From contig CATNEN010000002.1 of NCBI GenBank assembly GCA_950097015.1, positions 3,410,001 to 3,474,000 of the forward strand: a stretch of 64,000 nt of DNA. The letters are read 5' to 3'. The translations under genes and the position numbers were made by a program. Positions 13,586 through 25,681 of the stretch are shown one piece after another. Positions within the stretch are counted from its first letter, which is position 1; the number at the start of each line of letters is the position of its first letter. Source of the DNA: Macrostomum hystrix. Its lineage: Eukaryota; Animalia; Platyhelminthes. The notes under the pieces were generated by a model, which made no database searches, was not told the origin of the DNA, and was given only the letters and a program-made list of their open reading frames with translations.

Positions 13586-14378
13586 CAGAACCCAAGTTCA
13601 ATGCGCCTATTTTTCACATAAAGGCTTCTGCGTTCCTACCTTTTATTATGCCCTACTGTGTCGGTTCATCTAAGCAAACTAACAAGTATGTTTAATATCT
13701 TCGTAACCCGCCTACTACCATTTTTCGAATCCCGCTGCCTACCATCCTCTTCCCAGTCCCCCTGTCTACCCTCTTTCCACTCCCCCTGTCTACCCTCTTC
13801 CCACTCCCCCTGTCTACCCTCTTCCCACTCCCCGTCTACCCTCTTTCCACTCCCCCTGTCTGCCCTCTTTCCACTCCCCCTGTCTATCCCTCTTCCCACC
13901 CTGTCTACCCTCTTCCCACCCTGTCTACCCTCTTCCCGGTCCCCCTGTCTACCCTCTTCCCGGTCCCCCTGTCTACCCTCTTCCCACTCCCCCTGTCTAC
14001 CCTCTTCCCACTCCCCCTGTCTACCCTCTTCCCACTTCCCCCTCTCTAGCCTCTTCCCACTTCCCCTGTCTACCCTCTTCCCACTCCCCCCTCTCTACCC
14101 TCTTCTCACTCCCCCTGTCTACTACCCTCTTCCCACTCCCCCTACTACCCTCTTCCCACTCCCCCTACTACCCTCTTCCCACTCCCCCTGTCTACCCTCT
14201 TCCCACTCCCCCTGTCTACCCTCTTCCAAGTCCCATCTCCCGTCTGTTCACTAACCCAGTACACCTTCTTTCCACCCTGAATCTCCGCCTATTTCCCACT
14301 CAGTTTTATCCCCAGCATCCGGTTTCTGTATCGCAGTCATGCTCAAGCAGTCTCTCCTACTCTTGAATGCTGGCTTGA
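13586..14378 (+). CDS. Two candidate internal exons, 13586-13685 and 14337-14378 (EPKFNAPIFHIKASAFLPFIMPYCVGSSKQTN-NHAQAVSPTLECWL)
   Basis: ttccag/gtatgt and tcgcag/gtatgc boundaries join in frame across a minisatellite-filled intron. Identity unknown. Confidence 0.3.
13735..14225. repeat. 24-bp minisatellite CCACTCCCCCTGTCTACCCTCTTC
   Basis: Direct reading. Confidence 0.92.
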
Positions 14379-15019
14379 GTATGCATAAGTGGATGATTCA
14401 GCCAATGAATTAAGATAAAAAGCACTTCTCAAATCCTAGTCAGGGTGCGCAGCGACACAGGATCTACTTTGCGTATGTCAGTCCAGTTTTTTGTCTAGTT
14501 GAAGAATTTCTCGGCAGTCCCTGCAGCTCAGCAGTGTTTCCATCCAGGAAGCCAGCAAGATGAGAACACTTTGAGCAACGGACGGCATAATCAGCAAGTC
14601 AGACATAGAGAACACAGGCAGAACAGCTAATACAGCTAGCCAGCCCTTAATGAGAGCTGATGCTGCAGGCGATAATGCACAAGCGGCCGAGGCACACGAC
14701 ATGTCAGTCATCTCCCACTGCAGCTGAGTTGGCACTTTGCACTGCATGCATTCTAGAGCAACCTATTACACAGCCATGATCCCTGATCCCCACACTGATC
14801 GTGGAAATTTCCTTTCCTTGGGAAAAGTGCATCTGAAATAGGATGATAATGGAGAGAAATGTACGGCTTAATAAATCGCTATCTATGGAAATCATCTAGG
14901 GTAATGCGCGATTTTTAAAGCAATACCTCGGTTTCCCATGCAATCGCATTCGACATGCGCTTTCAAGTATACGGCGGGAGTAAATATATATGCATTTAGA
15001 GATCTAAATGCCTCGTCAT

Positions 15020-15459
15020 AACAACAACAACAACAACAAAGTACGCTGTCAGGTGGAAAAGGCAGCGTCACAGTGCACGCTTCAGAGCCTGGGCGCGAAC
15101 AAAGGCCGCACCGCCGGCAGTGTCCGGGGCGCCAGCATCGGCCAGCAGGCAGTCGACGAAACGCCGAGTTCGGGCCTGGCCGCGCCGGTAGGGTGCCTGC
15201 AGCGTTAGCAGCAGCACCTCCTGCACCGGCTGCGGGCAGTAGGACTCGGCGCGGATGATGTGGCCTGCAAGCTGGAGTCGCCGAAGTCGCAGCAGTTCAC
15301 TCGGACGGGCCAGGGCGGCGCGACGATAGAGTGCCGCGTTAGTGATCCGCTCGTCGCTGATCTTAAAGGCGGCACGCAGCAGGCCAGCGTGCGCCGCGTT
15401 GACTTGCTGTTCTAGCGAATCAGTCAGCGTCCACGTCTCGGCGTTGTACAACAGGACGT
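15020..15459 (-). mobile_element. 5'-truncated RTE-clade non-LTR retrotransposon
   Basis: Open C-terminal ORF LLYNAETWTL...RLQLAGHIIRA, typical of RTE ORF2 ends; (GTT)n tail at 15020-15040; perfect TSD TGCCTCGTCAT at 15009-15019 and 15460-15470. Confidence 0.9.
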
Positions 15460-15531
15460 TGCCTCGTCATGTAATTGTCAATACTTCAATTAATAGTGTT
15501 ACATTTTTTGTAGTAGCAAAGATTGAGAATA

Positions 15532-16606
15532 ACTGATTGAGCAAGCCAACAATCTGTGAGAACTAATTGAGCAAGCCTACAATCTGTGAGAACTAATTGA
15601 GCAAGCCTACAATCTGTGAGAACTAATTGAGCAAGCCTACAATCTGTGAGAACTGATTGAGCAAGCCTACAATCTGTGAGAACTGATTGAGCAAGCCTAC
15701 AATCTGTGAGAACCGATTGAGCAAGCCTACAATCTGTGAGAACTGATTGAGCAAGCCTACAATCTGTGAGAACCGATTGAGCAAGCCTACAATCTGTGAG
15801 AACTGATTGAGCAAGCCAACAATCTGTGAGAACTGATTGAGCAAGCCTACAATCTGTGAGAACTGATTGAGCAAGCCTACAATCTGTGAGAACTGATTGA
15901 GCAAGCCTACAATCTGTGAGAACTGATTGAGCAAGCCTACAATCTGTGAGAACTGATTGAGCAAGCCTACAATCTGTGAGAACCGATTGAGCAAGCCTAC
16001 AATCTGTGAGAACTGATTGATCAAGCCTACAATCTGTGAGAACTGATTGAGCAAGCCTACAATCTGTGAGAACCGATTGAGCAAGCCTACAATCTGTGAG
16101 AACCGATTGAGCAAGCCTACAATCTGTGAGAACTGATTGAGCAAGCCTACAATCTGTGAGAACCGATTGAGCAAGCCTACAATCTGTGAGAACTGATTGA
16201 GCAAGCCAACAATCTGTGAGAACTGATTGAGCAAGCCTACAATCTGTGAGAACTGATTGAGCAAGCCTACAATCTGTGAGAACTGATTGAGCAAGCCTAC
16301 AATCTGTGAGAACCGATTGAGCAAGCCTACAATCTGTGAGAACTGATTGATCAAGCCTACAATCTGTGAGAACTGATTGAGCAAGCCTACAATCTGTGAG
16401 AACCGATTGAGCAAGCCTACAATCTGTGAGAACCGATTGAGCAAGCCTACAATCTGTGAGAACTGATTGAGCAAGCCTACAATCTGTGAGAACCGATTGA
16501 GCAAGCCTACAATCTGTGAGAACTGATTGAGCAAGCCTACAATCTGTGAGAACCGATTGAGCAAGCCTACAATCTGTGAGAACTGATTGAGCAAGCCAAC
16601 AATCTG
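15532..16606. repeat. 30-bp minisatellite CTGATTGAGCAAGCCTACAATCTGTGAGAA, about 36 copies
   Basis: Near-perfect copies. Confidence 0.97.
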
Positions 16607-16984
16607 TAAGGAAAAATAAAAACAGCGCCAAACAAACAGCGGGGAATTAAGTTCCACCTTCGTGACAGGAAGCTAAGCTTACAGCAGACGGGAATAGATC
16701 ATTGCTAGTGTTGGGATTGGGTGGGTTGGGATCATATGGGACTCGATCCATCATCCGTTTTCATGCCCGGCTGTGAAACGCCGATAAGCGCGAGTTCAGA
16801 ATTGATGAGCCGGTGGCTAAAAGCAGTTTTATTTCCCGCCTGCTACTCAGAAATCGGCGAAATCTATTTTTTATTAACGAATCAACGAATTTTAATGGCC
16901 CTTAGGAACAGAATGTATTGCGGATTACCGTCAAGCTGTTTGTTTATTGAACCAACACACACCAAATTAACCTGAGCTGTATTT

Positions 16985-18165
16985 TACACACATGAAGCTT
17001 CACATGTCCTGAAGTTTACTTTACTCACACACCTGAAGCTTCACATGTCCTGAAGTGTACTCTACTCACACACTTGAAGCTTCACGTGTCCTGAAGTGTA
17101 CTCTACTCACACACTTGAAGCTTCACGTGTCCTGAAGTGTACTCTACTCACACACCTGAAGCTTCACGTGTCCTGAAGTGTACTCTACTCACACACTTGA
17201 AGCTTCACGTGTCCTGAAGTGTACTCTACTCACACACTTGAAGCTTCACGTGTCCTGAAGTGTACTCTACTCACACACTTGAAGCTTCACGTGTCCTGAA
17301 GTGTACTCTACTCACACACCTGAAGCTTCACGTGTCCTGAAGTGTACTCTACTCACACACCTGAAGCTTCACGTGTCCTGAAGTGTACTTAACCCACACA
17401 CCTAAAGCTCCACATGTCCTGAAGTGTACCTTACCCACACACCTGAAGCTCCACATGTCCTGAATTGTACATTACCCACACACCTGAAGCTTCACGTGTC
17501 CTGAAGTGTACCTTACTCACACACCTGAAGCTTCACGTGTCCTGAAGTGTACTTTACCCACACACCTGAAGCTTCACGTGTCCTGAAGTGTACTTTACCC
17601 ACACACCTGAAGCTTCACGTGTCCTGAAGTGTACTTTACCCACACACCTGAAGCTTCACGTGTCCTGAAGTGTACTTAACCCACACACCTGAAGCTCCAC
17701 ATGTCCTGAATTGTACATTACCCACACACCTGAAGCTTCACGTGTCCTGAAGTGTACCTTACTCACACACCTGAAGCTTCACGTGTCCTGAAGTGTACTT
17801 TACCCACACACCTGAAGCTTCACGTGTCCTGAAGTGTACTTTACCCACACACCTGAAGCTTCACGTGTCCTGAAGTGTACTTTACCCACACACCTGAAGC
17901 TTCACGTGTCCTGAAGTGTACTTAACCCACACACCTAAAGCTCCACATGTCCTGAATTGTACATTACCCACACACCTGAAGCTTCACATGTCCTGAAGTG
18001 TACCTTACTCACACACCTGAAGCTTCACGCGTCCTTAAGTGAACTTTACACAAACACCTGAAGCTTCACGTGTCCTGAAGTGTACTTTACTCACACACCT
18101 AAAGCTCCACATGTCCTGAATTGTACATTACCCACACACCTGAAGCTTCACGTGTCCTGAAGTGT
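16985..18165. repeat. 41-bp minisatellite CACACACCTGAAGCTTCACGTGTCCTGAAGTGTACTTTACC, about 29 copies
   Basis: Direct reading; contains AAGCTT and CACGTG palindromes. Confidence 0.96.
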
Positions 18166-18259
18166 ACATGCATATCACTCACATGACAAGACATTAAGGA
18201 ATAATTTAGGAGTCGATAATAAATCCGCATTTCAAATAAGAAGATTATCCTAATTACAG

Positions 18260-18380
18260 CAGCAATAAAAGCAATGCGGTGTATTTTGAGCATGAGTTTG
18301 CACTGGCCTTTGCCAATGTTATCCAGGAAAAGATAAAATGTAAACCGATTCGATTTATTAAAAAACAGCAAGTCATATGA
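18260..18380 (+). CDS. Candidate terminal exon of an unidentified plus-strand gene (SNKSNAVYFEHEFALAFANVIQEKIKCKPIRFIKKQQVI*)
   Basis: Acceptor taattacag and an open, protein-like frame, convergent with the LENG8 3' end. No homolog recognised. Confidence 0.3.
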
Positions 18381-18542
18381 TCATATCGCTTCACGGAATA
18401 GTACAGTTAAAATGACATGCGATAAACGTCAATTTAATTAATTTACGTTATTTTAAATGCTTCAAAACAGACAGACACATGCTACTCGCAACAAGCATGA
18501 CAGTAGTAATTGAAGAAAAGCCGAGAATTTTAATTTACAAAA

Positions 18543-21500
18543 TTAGGAATTCAAGGCGATTCCCGCCGGCGGACAAGCTCGACAATCTAGAGTGCCGGCG
18601 GCGCTGTCTATGGCCGAGGCTGGCACACCCGAGCTGGTTAGGAAGGCCAGGCAAGCGTCGGCATCGTCAAATCCCAGCTGCGATTCTATGGAGCTCAGCG
18701 GAATTGAGGGCCGATAACTGCCGAGGTCATTGTGGGGCGAAATTAAAGATTGTGAGAAAATCCCTACTTCGATTCCAGCTACGATTTTAACTATGAATCT
18801 TGTTTTAATTCCAAATATGAACTTTGTTTTGATTCCAACTAAAAGTCTTGCTTCGATTCCTACTCTGAATCTTGCTTCGATTCCTACTCTGAATCTTGCT
18901 TCGATTCCTACTCTGAATCTTGCTTCGATTCCTACTCTGAATCTTGCTTCGATTCCTATTTTGAATCTTGCTTCGATTCCTACTCTGAATCTTGCTTCGA
19001 TTCCTACTCTGAATCTTGCTTCGATTCCTACTCTGAATCTTGCTTCGATTCCTACTCTGAATCTTGCTTCGATTCCTACTCTGAATCTTGCTTCGATTCC
19101 AAGAATTAATCAGCTGCAATTCTAATTATGAATCTTGCTACGATTTCACACATGATTCTTTTTTCCATTCCAACTAGCTCTTAATTTAACACACAAATTT
19201 ATGTAAAAGCTGATCAAAAACTTACGCCTTCAAGATGGCTTTCAATGCAACGAGTCGTTCCCTGTCAGCAAACCAGCTGACCAGACGGCCGCACAGGGCT
19301 GGGGCTGAGCGGCACAGCCGGAAGAACTTGCTGAAGTTGTTCAACGACCAGGCCGAACGCAGCTGCAGGGCGAACTGAACGCAGGGGTCGGCGCGCCACT
19401 CAGCGGGCAGGCGGCCCAGGGTGGTGGTCAGGTCTGCGGGCCGGTTGGCAGTGTGCGTGACAGCCTCCGATTACATTCTACTCAGTACCTGACAGCCTTC
19501 CATTACACTCTACTCAGCACCTGACAGCCTACCAATACACTCTACTCAGCACCTGACAGCCTTCTATTACACTCTACTCAGCACCTGACAGCCTTCTGTT
19601 ACACTCTACTCAGCACCTGACAGCCTTCCATTACACTCTACTCAGCACCTGACAGCCTACCATTACACTCTACTCAGCACCTGACAGCCTTCTATTACAC
19701 TCTACTCAGCACCTGACAGCCTTCTGTTACACTCTACTCAGCACCTGACAGCCTACCATTACACTCTACTCAGCACCTGACAGCCTTCTATTACACTCTA
19801 CTCAGCACCTGACAGCCTACCATTACACTCTACTCAGCACCTGACAGCCTACCATTACACTCTACTCAGCACCTGACAGCCTACCATTACACTCTACTCA
19901 GCACCTGACAGCCTTCTATTACACTCTACTCAGCACCTGACAGCCTTCTGTTACACTCTACTCAGCACCTGACAGCCTTCTATTACACTCTACTCAGCAC
20001 CTCACAGCCTACCATTACACTCTACTCAGCACCTGACAGCCTTCTATTACACTCTACTCAGCACCTGACAGCCTTCCATTACACTCTACTCAGGGACTTC
20101 AAAGCCCAGTCTCGAGCAGCAGAGCCCAGCTCACGGGTAGTGTCATTGGTAGACATGAAGTAGAGCATTCGGTAGGCTGCGAATTCGGCGCACCTGCCCG
20201 GCACGCCCTCCTCGTACAGAAGCCGCAGCTGCGAGCTGCACTGGTTGAACTCTGCCTTGTCGCTGGCTGAGAGGGCCGCCTCCGCGTGGGCCTCGTAGAC
20301 TTGAGCTGCGAGGCGATCGCGAATGCCCTGCACTGTGAGATCCTGCCGGATGGCTTTGAACTGCTCGCAGATTGACAGGTAGTCCGGCTTTGCAGCTGCC
20401 AGCCTGCGGACAGTCGCGAGGGTCATATAAAGATTTGACATTACAGACAGTATGGGAACCAAATACAGACAGTATGGGAAACATTAGACAGTATGGGAAA
20501 CATTACAGACAGTATGGGAAACATTACAGACAGTATGGGAAACATTACAGACAGTATGGGAAACATTACAGACAGTATGGGAAACATTACAGACAGTATG
20601 GGAAACATTACAGACAGTATGGGAAATATTACAGACAGTATGGGAAACATTACAGACAGTATTGGAAACAAATACAGACTTTTTGGGAAACATTGCAGAC
20701 GGTATGGGAAACATTACAGACAGTATTGGAAACAAATACAGACAGTAGAAACAACAGACATGCAGTCAAGCAGGCCACCACCCACCTGTCCATCTGCAGC
20801 TTCAGTGCCAGCTCCAATGTCTCCCTGGATCGCACAGTGGACGGATCCGGCGCGCTGGTGAGTCGCAGGTATTCCTTCTCCAGCTGCTGACTGGTGCCCA
20901 CAATGCACAGCCGGCTGCAGTCCAGGTCGTCCAAATCACCGGCGACAAACAGCTGGCGGGCTGGCGGAGTGCAAGGCCTGTCACGACTGGGCGAGTCAAC
21001 CAGATGGTCGCGAAATCTTTCTCGGCGCCGATCCAAAGTTGCCGAACTGGTGCCGGGGTCGACGGCCGCACCGCCGACTGCTCCGCCGCGTCCTCTGCCT
21101 CGGCCCCTGCCCTTGCCTCGGCCTCTGCCACGCCCGCGATCAACTGTCCAGGCAGCAGCGCTGGGACCCCGGTCCTCCATGCCAGATGATGATGAAGAGT
21201 CGCTGTCCGTGCTACAGGAACTGGCCAAATCTTCGGTGTCTTCGTCGGAGCTGCCGGTGGAAGATGCGGCAGAGTCCGAGTCGCTGTCACTGTACAGCAG
21301 CGGACGAAATCGCTTCTGTTGAAGCTGCTGCTCGGAACCGATGTAAGACGATTTGAATGATTGGGGATCAACTCTCGGCTGCGGCAGGCCAGCAATGTGA
21401 CGCTTCTGCGCTACTCTGCTTTGCTGCCACCCGCCGTTGCTGTCACACTGCAGGCCGCTAGCTGTGTTACTGAAATATATTAATGTAACAGTTTGGGGAA

Positions 21501-22867
21501 GTTAGAGTTAGGGAAGAATCGGAGCAAGAGTTAGGGAAGAATCGAAGCAAGAGTTAGGGAAGAATCGAAGCAAAAGTTAGGGAAGAATCGGAGCAAGAGT
21601 TAGGGAAGAATCGAAGCAAGAGTTAGGGAAGAATCGGAGCAAGAGTTAGGGAAGAATCGAAGCAAGAGTTAGGGAAGAATCGAAGCAAGAGTTAGGGAAG
21701 AATCGGAGCAAGAGTTAGGGAAGAATCGGAGCAAGAGTTAGGGAAGAATCGGAGCAAGAGTTAGGGAAGAATCGGAGCAAGAGTTAGGGAAGAATCGGAG
21801 CAAGAGTTAGGTAACAATCGGAGCAAGAGTTAGGTAACAATCGGAGCAAGAGTTAGGGAAGAATCGGAGCAAGAGTTAGGGAAGAATCGGAGCAAGAGTT
21901 AGGGAAGAATCGAAGCAAGAGTTAGGGAAGAATCGGAGCAAGAGTTAGGTAAGAATCGGAGCAAGAGTTAGGGAAGAATCGAAGCAAGAGTTAGGGAAGA
22001 ATCGAAGCAAGAGTTAGGGAAGAATCGAAGCAAGAGTTAGGGAAGAATCGGAGCAAGAGTTAGGGAAGAATCGGAGCAAGAGTTAGGGAAGAATCGAAGC
22101 AAGAGTTAGGGAAGAATCGGAGCAAGAGTTAGGGAAGAATCGAAGCAAGAGTTAGGGAAGAATCGGAGCAAGAGTTAGGGAAGAATCGAAGCAAGAGTTA
22201 GGGAAGAATCGGAGCAAGAGTTAGGCAAAAATCGGAGCAATAGTTTAGCAATATTAAAAAAACAAGGTAATAAAAATCAGGGCCTACCCGACAGCAGCAG
22301 GACCGTTAGGCACCCTTGTTAGCTTCTGCTCTAAAGGCAATGTCAGCAAAGGCTCCCGATCCCAGTTGATATGGTTTACAAGACCTGCATCAAATATTTG
22401 AGTAATCTTAGCATTGAGCAGTGCTTCGAGTTGCTCTTGACGCTGTGGACTGCTGCATTGGCTGTTGTGCTCATAAACTCTCTGAATGTAACTCCTGGAG
22501 GAAAGTGATTAAGAGACAACTTTATTTTATATGAGAAAATAAGATCAGAATAAAAAACTATATTTTCTTCAAACAGAACAGAACAGAAATGATCATATTT
22601 AGGAATAAGAACAAAAGAAACTTACCAAAGCGAGGGTGGCCATGAGGTGGGATCAGTTACAGTGACTTGTTTGCAAGTGGCTGGCAATTGTGGCGGGGAA
22701 GGCTTTGAAGGTTGTTGCACCGGTGGCTGGCAGGGTGCTGAGTCTGCAGTCTGAAATCGATCAGTGGCAGTGGCAGCTGCATAGCCAGTGACCATTGGTG
22801 TTGTTGATTGAGGGAGTGGAGGTGGAGGCAGTGGGGGAGGAAATTTAGGTAAAGATGGTGGATTCAT
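18543..22867 (-). CDS. LENG8: LENG8/THP3 (SAC3/GANP/THP3 family, PCI-type domain), 594 aa; exons 22626-22867, 22288-22494, 20786-21469, 20135-20403, 19226-19433, 18543-18717
   Basis: Manual splicing gives GT-AG introns with phases 2,2,2,1,2 and 1785 nt in total. Recognised motifs: WPPSLWSYIQR...INWDREPL, IVGTSQQLEKEYLRLTSAPDPSTVR, CEQFKAIRQDLTVQG, EFNQCSSQL, EFAAYRMLY, ADPCVQFALQLRSAWSLNNFSKFFRL, FADRER. An upstream exon is possible because the ATG directly follows an AG. Confidence 0.93.
18845..19100. repeat. 24-bp minisatellite in LENG8 intron 5, GAATCTTGCTTCGATTCCTACTCT
   Basis: About 10 copies. Confidence 0.95.
19465..20092. repeat. 32-bp minisatellite in LENG8 intron 4
   Basis: TTACACTCTACTCAGCACCTGACAGCCTTCCA, about 19 copies. 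Confidence 0.95.
20435..20745. repeat. 21-bp minisatellite in LENG8 intron 3
   Basis: ACAGACAGTATGGGAAACATT. Confidence 0.95.
21505..22240. repeat. 23-bp minisatellite in LENG8 intron 2
   Basis: GAGTTAGGGAAGAATCGRAGCAA, about 32 copies. Confidence 0.96.
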
Positions 22868-23873
22868 CTGCAATTATTAGACAGGTTGGTATACAGGTTT
22901 AGCTTACAATATAAAAAACTTTTTATACAGTTAGTAACGATAGGGCCTAGGAATAGCTAAAACTAAAACTAAGTTAGGAATCAAATTCAATTTAGATTTA
23001 TCATTTCTAATGGCAAACAAGAGGAGCCCTTTAAAATGACAGTAGAACTTTTACATTAGTCAATTAAGTAAAAACTATAAACTAACTTAATATTAAACAA
23101 TCTTCACAAATGCAAAATGGCTATTTAAGTACCATCTATGTATTACTATTACTATGTACCTATACAATTTCAATGCGTACTATAATGAAAAGTATAGAAT
23201 TTTGATGTGATAGCTAGCTATATAGATATTATACCTAGCCTAGCCAATTCAGGCACAAAATATAAAGTAGGCCTAATTACAATAGCTATAGTATAGGCAT
23301 AGCAATTGCATAGCCATAGGGCTAAAAAGTTGTGGATAGCTGTTTTATTTATAGAGTAGGCCTATAGACCAAAGTTAAAGAGACTTACAAGGCTGCTAGA
23401 CATATCCAAATTTAATTGTTATATGCTTATACATAATGCATACATAATACATAATAGCTGACCAAGTGGCAAGTACTTCTTTTATTGCTAGGAAACTAAA
23501 GTAGGCTTATATAATATATCTTGATGAAAGACAAATCAAGATATTTTTATCCCCTTTGCCAGACCTAAAATTACTAACAATTGTTCCTTAGGAGTCATAT
23601 CAAGGGCATTCCTTTGGTTTACAATTATTTTTTTGACCTGAATTTTGGTTCACGATCCCTATATGTATTTTTTCATTTTCATTTTTACTCTTTTGTACAA
23701 GTAGGCCTATATTTCCTATGGGGATTGTCATTTGTCACTAATTTCAGTAATCCTACTGTAATTTCAGTAGCATCGTAAACCAAAGATGTGCCCACATAGT
23801 ATAGACCTACAGCTAGTACAGTTCTATTTGGGTAGGCCTAGGCCTACTCGTCATTTGTCAGCTGCATTTTTAC

Positions 23874-24559
23874 GGAAGTGCTTATTCCCACGGTCCCATG
23901 CCGATAATTTCAATTTTATCCACACGGATCCGTGCTGATAATTTTCTGCTTATCCACACGGCAGCTTGTATGAATAGGTCTACTTTCAAGTCCCTACGTA
24001 CCTATTCTAATTCTTCTCTGAGCATAAGGCTTTTGCTTCAGAGTATAGTGTATAGTGTAGGCCCTACACTATCAATGAATAGTGTAAAATAATAACAATG
24101 ATGTATAATGTGTGACGAGTTTGGTGCTGACTAGAATTCTGCTGGTTGACTCGTATGATTTTCTTTGATAGACTTTTTACTCTTTAAGTCAATACAATTT
24201 GAATGAAAACACGTAACGATGACAAAAGATTTAGTAAGTTGTTATTAAAATAATTAAAAAGGATGACATTAATGTCAGTTAATTAATGTGTAGGTCGAAA
24301 TGTAGAACACTGTCGTAACACAATGGCAACTTTGTCGATCTATTGGCTCGAGGGTTCAACAAAACGTTCAAATCTGAAAGGGCCTCGTTTCAAAGAACAG
24401 AACCGTGTGGATAAAATTGAAATTAACGGCACGGCATATATAAAGAGTTGTAGACCTATTTATACAAGCTGCCGTGTGGATAAGCAGAAAATTATCGGCA
24501 CGGATCCGTGTGGATAAAATTGAAATTATCGGCACGGGACCGTGGGAATAAGCTCTGCC
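23874..24559. mobile_element. Non-autonomous Mutator-like (MULE) element / MITE, 686 bp
   Basis: About 110-bp TIRs (23874-23983 and 24450-24559, about 5 mismatches) starting GG, with internal CCGTGTGGATAA subrepeats; 10-bp TSD GCATTTTTAC at 23864-23873 and 24560-24569. Confidence 0.85.
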
Positions 24560-25681
24560 GCATTTTTACACCTTTTTTTCAAGCTAAAAAAGCTAGGTCA
24601 CTCAGTCACTGAGTCAACCACAGATATCTGGCCTCAGCAATTCTGGTCACTTTGTCAACCATTTGACGAAGTGACTAGAATCCTTCTATTCTTATATATA
24701 GAATGGAACTTAGTTTAAAACTTAAGACAATTATAGGCCCTATAAAAACGAATATTGCATTAAACTAATAATCTAGAAATTCACAAGAATAAGTATCGAA
24801 GGTACTTTTCGAACACTAAATTTAGTTTTCAGGATATGATCTTTTTAGGTTTTACGCCAATCAAGGACCACTAGGAGTAGATTGTAGATCTTGTAGATTT
24901 ACTCATAATGGTCCTTAAGGCCAATATTTTAACTGAGTCTGAGTCTGAGACTCAGAAGGCAGACCTGCACAGTGTGACGGTGTAACCTTAGGTAGTTTAA
25001 TTGCTTATTTATCTTATAGTAATTCGCTACATTACAAGTTGCTGACAAGATTATTATTTATTTGCTAAGCATGTTTACTAATTATTGTTATATTGTATTA
25101 TTCTAAGAATTAGCTGTCCTTTTTAAAAAGCAAAGTATATGTATATTTTTCTGCTCTACCGTGCCTTGTGTCGAGCGTGTGAGCATCGAGATTACTTTGG
25201 AAATATATATATACACACTTATTTATATCAAATATAATTCGACGATATTACCGCTACACTAACCTTTATTCGTCACAACAGCATGCAGCTGAAAATAGCA
25301 ATTTAAATTTATTGTCAAATTTCTATGATCCCTTGTAGTTATGTAGACAGATTTATCCTATTTTAATAGCTAGTCCAATATTTTTTTAACTTTATTCGAT
25401 GAACACATTTTTAACGAAAGACTTAGCTAGGATTAAAATATGCTTGTTTTACTTTATTTTTTTCTGTAAAGAAAAATTCAAAATGCTTCATACATTCGCA
25501 TGAATGAATTACGGACGACTAATGTAGTGATATTAGTGACTAGGCCTAGTACACACTTTCGACACTGACTTCCATAATATCACAAGTCTCTTCGTTTCGT
25601 TTAATCTGGATTGTTTGCTTAATAAGGGACAGGTATTTCAATTCAATTTTGTGTAGAAATTAGGCCTATATATTTTCGAAA

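Noticed and set aside
15532-18165. CRISPR-like regular repeats of 30-41 bp
   Set aside because: Head-to-tail units without unique spacers, no cas genes, eukaryotic context.
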